A DNA stretch of 64,000 nucleotides from the human T2T-CHM13v2.0 reference genome, Homo sapiens: NCBI RefSeq assembly GCF_009914755.1, contig NC_060941.1, one strand, 5' to 3'. This document shows positions 37,005 to 51,506 of this stretch, in pieces. The first letter of the stretch is position 1. Every line of letters starts with the position of its first letter. A program made the position numbers and the translations under genes. The notes below the pieces were generated by a model. It worked only from the letters and a program-made list of their open reading frames with translations, did not search any database and had not been told where the DNA came from.

Positions 37005-37260
37005 AGAAGGTATAATGGAAAAAAAGAAAAAGCACACGGCTTGGAATCAAGGCCTTGAGACTTAGGTTGTTTGACCTTGGACAAGTCACAGTAGCCCTTT
37101 ATAATTTCCTTTCTCAATTTCTTCGTCTGTAAGAAGGGGCTTAGAATTAGAAGTCTCTTAGCTTTATTGAAGTTGGAGACTGTGTGCCAACCTTACCTTA
37201 GAGAATTGGTTGAAGAAATAAATGACAATATGCATGAAACAGTAAAGCATCAGATACTAG
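37005..37260 (+). mobile_element. MIR fragments
   Basis: tgaccttggacaagtcac...ctcaatttcttcgtctgtaa; core MIR text. Confidence 0.6.
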
Positions 37261-38419
37261 AGGTAAGTGGACGAGAAAGTCATTACTTACCCCATATTTC
37301 TGAAACCCAGTGTAGGTTTCAGTGGACTTTAAATGCTGTCGTAATATATTGCTGCATGGTATGTGAAATAAGCCATAAGGCTGTGGAGGCCATATAGTCA
37401 TTACCTTAGTCAGTTCACCCCAAATCATTTTACCACCTGGACCGATTCCTTCTGAAAGAGCTCTGACTACATTATTCAATGTTTGGCACATAACTTTAGG
37501 TGACTTAAAAAGTAAGTTTCTTGGGTTCTTGGAGTGGCTACTTTTTCATCAAGTGTCAATGAAAATATATACATTGGCAGAATACATACAGAACAGTGTT
37601 CAAACAGTTTTGAAACAAATATTTTAAAAAATAACTTCTACAATTGATCTTAAATTTTCTAAGAAATTTTAGCTAACATTAGCACTCTTTAATATCCTCC
37701 ATAATACTTTTTGGTCACTTTTCAACTTATGAAGTGTTTTTGAAAGCATAACTATATAAAATATGCTAGTGGTGTAATCTATGAGAATGAGTGCATGATT
37801 GGTACCATATTAGTCTAAATATTATTTTATTCAAATATCTTACAATCTAGAGTTTTTCTTGTTAAAGTCACATATGAGAGCCCAATAACTGTGAATAAAC
37901 TTTTGCTAGCAATAACAACTAACAAAATAAAATATTATCTTATGTAAGAAAGCAGTAAATAGAATCAGAGGTTCTTAAAGGAATGAGTCAATATTAAGAG
38001 GATTTAATAAGGGGACTCAGTAATGGTGCATTCAGCAGGTGACAGAGACCTACGTCTACCTTATATAACACTGGAAAAAGGCAAGATTGCTCATGGAAGA
38101 GGCTTTTGGATGCCAGAAGATGTAATATGACGCATAATGGCACTCAGGGAATTATATAAAGGTTCCTGGCAATAGTAGCATAAAAAGTAAAAGTTAATCC
38201 CAGTGAGAGGAGGCTCAGACTCAGCTTTCATATGATTAAACCCTAACATCTAAAAACAAACCTAAGCAAGAGCGAGCATGTACATAAGAAAAAAGATTAA
38301 ATGAGTACTGGAAAATGCTGAAAATACACTTAAAACTTTATTACCACCACAGTCCAAAAGATGAAGTATAACACTTTTGCTATCTAGATTTTTATTATTA
38401 CATCCAAATTATATTTCAG

Positions 38420-38685
38420 GGCCAGGTGTGGTGGCTCACGTTTATAATCCCAGCACTTTGGGAGGATGAGGCAGGAGGATCACTTGAGGCCAGGAGTTTA
38501 GGACCAGCCAGGGCAACATAGCAAGACCCTGTCTCTACAAAATAAAAATTAGCTGGGCATGGTGGTAGGAGTCTGTAGTCCCAGCTACTTAGGAGGCTAA
38601 GGCAGGAGGATCATTTGAGCCCAGGAGTTTGAGGCTGCAGTGAGCCATGATCTCACCACTGCATTTCATTGTGGGCAACAGAGAC

Positions 38686-38743
<58 letters not shown>

Positions 38744-39065
38744 ATCTTTCAAACATGAGCAAAGGTTTGATTTTTTTTTTTTTTGAGACACAGTCTTGCT
38801 GTGTTGTCCAGGCTAGAGTACAGTGGCATGATCTTGGCCACTGCAACCTCTGCTCCCTCAGTTCAAGCAATTCTTGTGCCTCAGCCTCCACAGTAGCTGG
38901 GATTACAGGTGTGTGCTATGACGCCCGGCTAATTTTTGTATTTTTAGTAGACACGGGGTTTCGCCATGTTGGTCAGGCTGGTCTCAAACTCCTGACCTCA
39001 AGTGATCCACCCGCCTCAGCCTCTGAAAGTGCTGGGATTACAGGCGTGAGCCACCGCGCCTGGCC
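38420..39065. mobile_element. Tail-to-tail inverted Alus (+ AluJ 38420-38690; - AluS 38771-39065) separated by (CTGT)n(CT)n(AT)n
   Basis: Alu consensus on both strands; compound microsatellite at 38686-38743. Confidence 0.9.
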
Positions 39066-39935
39066 ACAAAGGTTTGATTTTTAAAATATATGATCACTTT
39101 CTACCTTTGAAATATTATTGCCAAGAATATTTGATTCAGAGCTTTTCAAATGTGAATGTGAGTTTTGGAATAAGACATATGGAATCATAGCACTTTGATA
39201 ACTCATGCTTTATCTTAGAAAGTAATGCAGACTTCTGATTTCAATAAGTCAAAAAAAAAAAAAAAAACCCAGACATTTCTTTTTCCCTCACCTGTCAGAG
39301 AAACTGCCTTTAAATTAAAAGACAAATAGGAAACAGAAACACAGTCTCCAACTTCAGTAAAGCTAAGAGACATCTGATTCCAAGCCCCAATATATGAACA
39401 TAAAAGGTAGATGGACAAATGTTAAATGACTAAGCAGAAAAGAGAAAGTTCAAACCAACGTATCCACAGAGCTACTGCTGGGACATAAGCCAGTTTGACC
39501 TGCAGGAGTTCAGAAAGTCTCAGGAAATGGAGGTATAAGGAAACTGTTGGGAGGATGTGTACCGCAAAGATGAAACAGTAAGCAAGAAACAAGAGGAAGA
39601 TCTGAGACCCAGGAAACTGGCAATCCATCACAGAAGACAGACAAATCAAATTCCTAGGATGATAGCAGTTATTGGATGATAGCAGGATATTGGCAGTTAT
39701 CTGGGCTTGATGAGCAATTTAGCCCTGACCGAAGTAGAAGATCAGGAGGCTCCAGAAATGATATCTCCAGGAGAAAAAAGGAACTGGCCTGTTATCTGAC
39801 AGGTCTGATAGAAAAACTGTATTGAGAGGCATGGCACACAACTATTGGAAGGTGACACATTTATTTAGATAAAGATCTTTTAAAAAGAGAAAAAGGAAGT
39901 GGAAGAGAGGAGGGTTCTATCAACCCTAAAGTTCA

Positions 39936-40271
<336 letters not shown>

Positions 40272-40705
40272 TTACAGTGAACAGTATTTTCATAGTCATG
40301 ATAATGTACATAATAACTATAGATTTAATTAAAAATTGTAATGTAACTATCTTGGGAGGCTATAAGAAGGAAAAAGCAGAGTTAAATGAGGTAAAATCCT
40401 GTCTCAAATAGGAATTTAATAGTTCATGTCTAAAACTGATTAAATAAAGATAAAATATGGAGGTAAATACCAGATAAAATAGCTAAAGAAGTGAAAGTCA
40501 CTGCCTGTCAGAAGCAGGGGCTAGAAGTGGGGTGCAGGCCAAAAGACTGTTATAAGAAAAAGCTATCTACTGTATTTAGTGTATATTAGACTCTTGGTAA
40601 GTGCTTTATTGGACGTTTTTCAACTTGATAAATCATAATTTAAAAACAAATGCAGATTATTAATTTTAATTTATTGTATACATTTGTATGCCTCACTATG
40701 TAAAA

Positions 40706-40944
40706 CAGTGGTGCTCAACCGAGAGCAATTTTGCCAACCAGAAGATAATGGCAATGTCTAGAGATATTTTGGGTTATCACAACTGGTGGCAGGGTGACCG
40801 TGGGGGGTGTCTAGATCCCACTACCGGCATCTAGTGGGTAAATGCTAGAGATGCTGTTAAACATCCTGGAATGCACAGGACACTCCTCGGAACAAAGAAT
40901 TACCCAGTCCAAAATGTCAATAGTGCCAAGTTTGAGAAACACAG
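40706..40944 (+). mobile_element. MER20 (hAT-Charlie)
   Basis: cagtggtgctcaacc...ggcaatgtctagaga...aaaatgtcaatagtgccaagtttgagaaac. Confidence 0.85.
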
Positions 40945-42374
40945 CTTGAAAGTAATTTCAAGTCACAAATCTGGTATACTTGATGCAGTAGGAAAATACA
41001 CTGAGTTATTTGTATAGCTTACTATAGTCACTGACGCACTGGGGTGATGTGTCCTACAGTTACAAAGTATAAACTGAACTCATTCCCAAGCTTTCAAGCC
41101 TTTAATCCTAGGGAAAAACAGGAAAGAGTGATGTTGTAAACATGGAACAGCAATATCTACTACAGTTTATGTTATTTGAGACCTTAAAGCTTTACAGTTA
41201 GAAAAAAAAGTGACATAGTCACCTGAAGCCCCTCTACATGTCTACAATCTGTAGGCATTGAGAGAATTTGACTGAATAAACTGATTAAAATTCACAACTA
41301 AAATTCTCCTCAAAAGAAAAAAATTAGTTATTTTCAGAGAAGCTAAAAAACAATCCCACCACTGCCCTTAAGGTAGAGCTGCTGATTATGCTCCATGCCA
41401 ACATAAGTAGGTAAGTGTCAATCAACCTTACAAGTCCTCAGGGTGATAATTTCACTTTTAAATCCTCCAACCTAGTTTGAGAGCAAAATTAATATATAAA
41501 GGTCAAAGTTCCTTTTCTCACCAAAAATAAGATGAACACAAGAAAATAACTTCAGAATTGTTCAAAAATCAAAACCAAAAGTTTTTATTTATTAATTATC
41601 CAGAGAAACTTCCAGCAATATTTTCAGGCATGGCTTTATGTATTTATTTATTTATTTTTTGCTAAGGAAATACAATGACATGAGTATTAGGAGAAAAAGG
41701 TTATCAACCGAACTTGCTTAAAATTTTGGGATTTTAAATATTTCCATCCTTGATCCCAAAATATCTTTTAAAAATATGGAGAATTTAAAAATTAACCTCA
41801 GCAATTCATCCATTTGTTTTGTGTTTTTTTGTTTGTTCATTTGTTTTTCAGAAGGGATGGAAACAGAGGGGTTTCATTAACTCATTTTTTGCTGGCCAAG
41901 GTAAATATACAATTTATTAACCTAGACAGCTTACTTAGATTTAAACTAGGTTTTAATTTTGGAATTTCAAGATATACTTAGAAACTGCTTTCAAAATACT
42001 TTTGGCCAAACTATCTTAAAAAAAAAAAAAAGCTGGGGAAAAAAATACTCTGAGGAGGAAAAAAAAGGTTTAAGTAATTGAGGATATACTCACTCTAGAC
42101 TTTTAGAGGTGACAAGGTTTTTTCTTCTATATCTGTGATGGAACCTAAGTATTTCCAAAAATTCCAAGAGCAAGTTGCTGAACTTGTAAATGTTAAAGAG
42201 TTAAGTATTACAGCACTTTAAGTTTATATTCACATCCATTTCCCCTGGGTAACCATGTATTATTATCAGAGCTATATCCAGGTGGGTCTCTGTATCAGAT
42301 GCAACACTATAACCAGAAGTCCACTCCACTCTGACCTCAGGCTGTATTCCTGGATCTGGTTTCCCATAACTTAG

Positions 42375-42850
42375 AATGTCCCAAATCCTGAAAATGGCAT
42401 ACAGAGTCCTAAGTGATTTGGCTCCTAAATACCTCTCCCAGCTTCTATTCACATGCCATTCTCTCAGACTCACAACTTCAGCTTCTTTCAGTTCTTGGAA
42501 ACTGCTATCCTCTTTCAACCTTAGAACCTTAACACATGCTGTTCTCTCTGTTGAGAATACTCTTATCCATTCTGTACACATTCATAACTCCTAGTTTTCT
42601 TTCCAGTGTCAGGTTAAATATCACTTCCTCAGGAAGCCTTTCTTGATCCCCAAAGACCTGCTATAACATTCCCAGGGTTCCTGTGACTTTTTCTTATAGC
42701 CTTTATCACAACTGTGATTGTTTCTTCATTACATTAATGTCAATATTCCTTGCTAGACTATAAGCAACATGAGACAAGGGGCTATAAACTGTGTTGTGTA
42801 TCACTCTGTCCCCTGAGTCTATTATAATACTTGGTGCTCTAGCCAGATAT
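42375..42850 (+). mobile_element. L2 fragment
   Basis: tcacttcctcaggaagccttt...ctagactataagcaacatgag. Confidence 0.7.
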
Positions 42851-42889
42851 TAAAAAAAAAAAAAGGTTGCTTTATTATTCTGAATAGTT

Positions 42890-44298
<1,409 letters not shown>

Positions 44299-46078
44299 TT
44301 TTTTTTTAATTCCAATACTACCATCATCTGATAATATTTTGACAGTTGAAAGCACTGGTTTAACATGGTTTAATGTGCTTTATTACTTTATTAATGCTGT
44401 TATCCTTTAGGGAAAGCACCCTTTTTCTGTGGTTTATAAAATGCCAACAATGCATGGAAGCCTATCAATTTTTTTGTGTGTGTTTGTTATAAAGTCGATA
44501 AGTAACTAATATAACTAAAATAGATGTCTGAATTTTTCAATCATAAATGTAATTTTAAAAAATTGATTAAAATAATATATACCCAAATAGTTTGGTACAT
44601 TGAGAGCTAAGATAAGTTTCCTAAACAAAAAAAGGAACTCATAATGGTTATTGTATGCTAATAGTAAGATAGACAATTCAGATCACTATGCGAATTTTAA
44701 ATAGTTTCCAAATAAAATCTAGTTTGGTAACTCAACATACTATATTACCAAAAAAACCCACAAATATAAAATTTATTAGCATGATAAATTATTTTAATCA
44801 TTGAAGGGCACTTCTGACAATGAAAAGTACCATCAAATTTTATTAAACCAATTATAAAAATCTAAACACACCACTTCAACATTTTAAAAATATAAACATT
44901 TTTAGCCATATGCCATGGTTTTATACATTTTTCTTCAGAGAAGTAAAGGAACAATACCTACGAAGGAGAACTTTTCTATATACTATTATACTATACTATG
45001 CTAGGCAATACAAATAAAATGCAATTTTAAAACCTAAATATATTTGTACCTTATCATATCTCACAAACTATGTCCATGTCACCAATTGGAGAGGTGGATG
45101 CCTCAATTATAAAGCTGAATACTCCTGTGGTTGTTAGATCACAGTAATTGGCCAGAGGATTTGCTTTAGATATCCATTAAAAAGGCAGCCTTGTTATACT
45201 GTGATTTAATTACATGAAAAAGAAAACAACTTTTATTTTAGTTATACTTTTCCATCGACATCTAGTCATATAAAAGCCTTGGTTCATTCTCATGCCCCTC
45301 AAATGCTTTGGTTTAGTGCACAGAAAGTTTTCTTTTTAACTATTATACGATTAAGTATATCCTTATGAATGATCAGAAGCATCTGGGAAAGGTGGAAGTG
45401 AAAAAAATCCTCACTGGGAAAGTTAGCTTAATGCTTACCTTCAGAGTAGCCCATTATCAACATTTCATAGTGGGTTTCTTTATTTTCAGGTCCCTCAGGT
45501 ATGTGCAATAAATTATGACTTGAACTAAACAAGTCACACTTGGCTCCAAAATGAAATTTTCCTACCTCTACTTTCTAGTCCCTAAGGTGGGAAGAGGAAA
45601 TCCTGGTCACAGCCAAAGGAGTCATATTTTTGGCTCTAACATACATTTTCCTTCTTCTCAAAAAGCCAAACCCTGCTATTGAGACTGCAAAGTCTTATGT
45701 TAGTATTTTAAACTGTATTTTAACTTTTACTTCCATAATCTTTCTCAAATTTAAGAAAAAATTTTAGTATCATAAAATTAATGTCACTGCCTTCTTTTTC
45801 CCACTCAAATCACTTTTCTGACTCAATGATCTTAACCTTTTTAAATATGAAGTCAAATGAAATAGACAAAATAATGCAGAAATAGGTTGTTTCGTTTCTA
45901 TAAGGTAGAACATTTAAATTTTTATTTACTAAATAACTTCTACTTATTAGACTATTAATGTAAAAGAAAACTATAAAGTTCTAATTTAAGGTCCTATAAT
46001 TTGAAGCATAGTTTTAGTTTTGGAAGAGCCATCTATGTAGGTCATTTAGATCATCATCTCTTTTCATAGGGAATAGGA

Positions 46079-47148
<1,070 letters not shown>

Positions 47149-47809
47149 CTAGCTACCCAGGAGACTGAGGCAGGAGGATCAATTGAGCCCATGAGCTCAA
47201 GGCTGCAGTGAGCTATGATTGTGCCACTGCACTCCAACCTGGGCGACAGAACAAGACCTTGTCTATAAAATAAAATAAAAATATTTAAATAAATAAATAA
47301 TAAAAGAGGGATAGCTAATATAGTCAATATAAGATACTCCCTCCACTTATTATGTTCTACTATGTATTAAATAAAGTGTAAGATGCTGTTGAGGATTGAG
47401 CATTCCCTTCTACATATCCTCTAATGATTTACTACTATAACTACCCTGTATTGCCTCCTTATGAGTCATATCACTGTTTACTACCATCCTGTTCATTATT
47501 ATCTAATGATTACTATCATTTCCATCCTTAAAGTCTCCAGGAATGGAGAGTGGTTGCTGTTGTTTTTAAAAACAAATAACAAAGTCAAATACAATTTTAA
47601 CAACTTCTACTAAAACCCCATTCAATCATTAACTAAAACATTTATTAAACACTGTGTTTTTAGGTAATATCTTAGTTGTAGAGACACAAAGATGCTGAAG
47701 AAATTATCCCTATCCTCAAGGTACACCATGAAACAGATTATAAAACATCTTTATAAACACTAAATATGTGCTTTAGGAAATAATAAAGGACACTGGTAAA
47801 GGTAACTGC

Positions 47810-48500
47810 AGGTGAATACTACAATATGCTTTTGAATTGCAATTCCTCTGTTTTCCCTGTATTATTTAAAAGGCAAATGCATAAAAACAATAATTAAAAA
47901 CTAACAGCCACACAAAGTATAAAGATGGAATCTGTGACAATAACAATATAAAAAGGGAGGAACAGAGATTCAGATGATAGTTATAATCCCCAAGGTAAAT
48001 ACTAAAAACCAAAAAATACATATAAAAGGAAAGAAGGGAATCAAAATAGTATACTACAAATCAACTAAATACAAAAAAGGAAATGATGAAGGATTGAGGA
48101 ACAAAAAGCACATGACACAAGAAAACAAATAGCTACATAGCAAAAGTAAGTCCTTTCCTATCAGTAATTACTTTAAATGTAAATGGTTTAAACTCTCCAA
48201 TTGAAAGGCAGAGATTGGCCAAATGGATTTTTAAAAACCTGATCCAACTATACGCTGTAAATAAAAGATTCACTTAGATATAAGGAAATTGGACCTCACC
48301 ATATATCACATAGAAAAATTTACTCAAGAGGAATCAAATATCTAAATTAAAGAGTTACAACTATAAAACTCTTCAAGGAAAACATTAGGGGCAAATATGC
48401 ATGATGTTGGATTTGCCAGTATTTTCCTAAATATGACACCAAAGCACAGGCAACAAACAAACAAAAAAAACAGATAAACTGGACTGCATTAGAATTTTAA
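47810..48500 (+). mobile_element. L1M fragments
   Basis: tcagtaattactttaaatgtaaatggtttaaactctccaattgaaaggcagagattgg. Confidence 0.7.
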
Positions 48501-48799
48501 ACTTAACTTTTATATTCCATAGAGGCATACAAATATTTTCAAATACTTGTTTAACCATTTATAAAAATGTTAAGAAATCACCCATAATGATGCTCTGACA
48601 TATTTCAAGTATTTTAGGTATTGACTGCTATATTCTGGGCATTTCCAAATAATAAAAAGCCTTCTTAATCATTATAAAAACTGCATGCGTATACTCTTAA
48701 AGCTTGTAACACACCAGTCTTATAAATGGATAACTAACAAATACCTTTTAATTATGAAAAAATGCGATAGTTGAGGACTTCTTTTTGAAGTCATGATTC

Positions 48800-49233
48800 T
48801 AAGTCCTTTGCCATGTGCGGTAGAAATTATCCCTTTTCTCCCCTTCCTTGACTTTGAGATTGTGCATGGACGTGTTTTGGGCAACAGGAGGTTAGCAGAT
48901 GTGATGTAAATAGGTATTTGACTTAACTGCTTACAGTTAAGCCTGCCCTCTTGTACTACTGCCATTGCAATAATAACATGCCTTGGCTAGTCTGTTGGTC
49001 CACAAAGAATGAAATACAGGTGGAACAGAGCTGACTCAGTTGACTTCAACACAGATCAGCCAACTAGGGCAGAGTAGCTGAGCCCAGCTAAAATCGAGAG
49101 AGCCAACCAACCAAGCCCAAGCCTAGATCATCTGTCACCCAATCACTCCAGAGATGTATGACCTGTAATAAATGATTGCTGTTTTAAGTCACTAAGTTTT
49201 GGAGTTGTTACAGAAGAAGAACTGATCCAGACA
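48800..49233 (+). mobile_element. Old MLT1 (I/J-like) LTR
   Basis: gagcccagc...cctagatca...aataaatgattgctgttttaagtcactaagttttggag. Confidence 0.65.
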
Positions 49234-51239
49234 TATGGCAATAAGAAATACACTTCCCAGTACATCTAGTAGTGCTGGTAAATAATTTCACTTTTTCTAT
49301 CCCTTGTCCCTGCAGCTTGAACTATTCTTGTGTCCACTCTACTTGTACCTTTTGGGAACCACTAGGGATAACCCTTTAGAACCACCTTCCTCCCCTCTAC
49401 CCAGAACCCATTGATGCTTCTGTTATTTTGCTGTTTTATGCACATAAGCAGAACTATGACAAATAGGATCATGACTGAGGAATGTCAGAGTAGGCCATCA
49501 GGTGTCTTTTTTGCATGACAGACTGAGATATTGTCTAGGAAGAATTTATCCTGAGGAAAAAAAGCATTAAGAACCCCAGATTGGTATAATAACAATGTTC
49601 AAAATCATAGCTGTTGAGGCAAAGGTGGAGAAAAGAGAAATGGAATTTTCTCACAAATGTATATTTTTAATTTTAAGAATTTTTGGAAAATAATGAAGAA
49701 TAACATAATAAATACCTGCATTCTCATATTTTCTTGCAGCTTATTTTCCTTTACTAAAAATTATGGAAAAAGTTAAAATTCTTTTGATAACTACTCTGAA
49801 TATCATTCCCTTCTCTTCTCCTCATATGTAATCAGAATTATAATCTTGATGATCCTTTTAGGCCTTGTTACTTTGTACGTATAATATTTAGTACAACCTA
49901 GTATTAGCCATAAAGTTTTTCTTCTTTTCCAGGTCTCAAGAACTCATATGTAGGGTCCAAGGAAGAGAGAGGACATAGGCAAAAATGGAAATAATTAGTT
50001 TTAGGGAACAAAATTGTATTTTATTAAGATATTGGAAGAAGATGTGGTCTAAAGAAGGGAAAAGGATTCTTTCCACTTTAACAAAGCAGCCTTAGTGCAA
50101 TAATGTAGAGCTAGAGTAAAATGATAAGACATTAAAAGGAGACAATACCAGTACCAACAGCAGTGCCATCAGTAGCACTCTACTTCAGTGGAATGCAGCA
50201 CCAATGCTGTTGATGGTGACAGTAGATTTCTTGGGTAGATGTCAACTGTTTCATCAGTAGCTGTAGTCAAGGCAGCATCAGCCATTTTAGAATAGGAGAC
50301 CCAGCTTTGGGCATAGCCATTAGTGCCCTCAGCAGTAGCACTGGTTAACTGGAGAAAGGTAGTAGAAACCACCAAAGTTACTGGAGGCTGAAAAAGTATT
50401 AGACTCTGAATCATCAAGTGAGATACCCCCTGAGGACTTTCAGAAATTTTGAAGAGGTCCAGAGGTTACGGAAGAGTAAGGGCTACCAAAAGAAATACTG
50501 CTTATTACTGTTAATGTTACCTAAAGACTGCTATGGACTAGAAAAATAAAAGAAAAATTATCTAATTCACAGTACCTAGTAAAGTATTAACAATTAAAAA
50601 GATAACTATTCTAATGAAAGAACTCCTGCTTTGGTATGAGACCCTAACTGACTGTATCCTAGGGGGAGGGATATAGGTCATAATCAATAAGTCAGCTCAG
50701 TGGTCAGAAAATCTCAAATTTTCTCAGATTGCCAGCACTTTCAAATGCCTGTAGGAAGTAAAAGAAAATCCTCCTTGATGAACAATAAGTTCAACTTAGG
50801 CTCAAATTATTACTATAGTTTTTCAAATATATTGTTTAGGAAACAGTCAGTGATAATGAGATACAACTGTTTCTGGCCAAGATTGAGTAACTGGTTTAAG
50901 AATATTTCTTCCATTGTAAGTAATCGCATAACCGGGCAAAATGGAGCAATTGTTTTCAGGTAGTAGACACCAAACAGCACAAGACAGTAATTCTGGAGCT
51001 AAGTGGAATTCATTAGGTGAACTCCATTATCCCAGTTCTCTGCTTGGGTATAATTTCCTGACCACAGCACAGAGCATTAAAGTACAAGCAGAGCGCAGTG
51101 GTCCTGTTGAGCTGAGGTGGAAGAGATCAGAATATGGAGTGACTAAATCACAAGATCTGCAAGGCAGGACACTGGAAAGAAGCGAGCCAGATGGACAAAA
51201 GACCCCAGGATTCCCCGGAGGAACCCATGAGTCTGTGGT

Positions 51240-51390
51240 TAAAAGACTGATAAAACACAAATTGCTGGGCTTCACTTCCACAGTTTCTGATTTGGCAGGT
51301 CTGGATGAGCCTGAAAGTCTTTATTTCTATTAAGTTCCCAGGTGATACGAATGCACCTGGCCCAGGACCAGACTTTGAAAATAACTCCTG
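51240..51390. mobile_element. MER5A-like fragment
   Basis: aaaacacaaattgctgggc...cagtttctgattt...aagttcccaggtgat...gaccagactttgaaaa. Confidence 0.7.
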
Positions 51391-51506
51391 TTGACCAAAG
51401 ACAGTATAAGTTGAAAATAAAATAAAATCTGTATCTACTAAATTTTTCTCACTCATTCAGATTCACCAAAGATTTAAAAATGTCTAAGGATACAGGAAAA
51501 CATATA

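Noticed and set aside
42201-42594. 126-aa ORF
   Set aside because: Largely overlaps a decayed L2; no domain recognised.
50100-51333. Possible processed pseudogene or novel ORFs (50169..50417, 50941..51333)
   Set aside because: No recognisable protein, no poly(A)/TSD structure; probably ancient repeat-derived sequence that I cannot name without a search.
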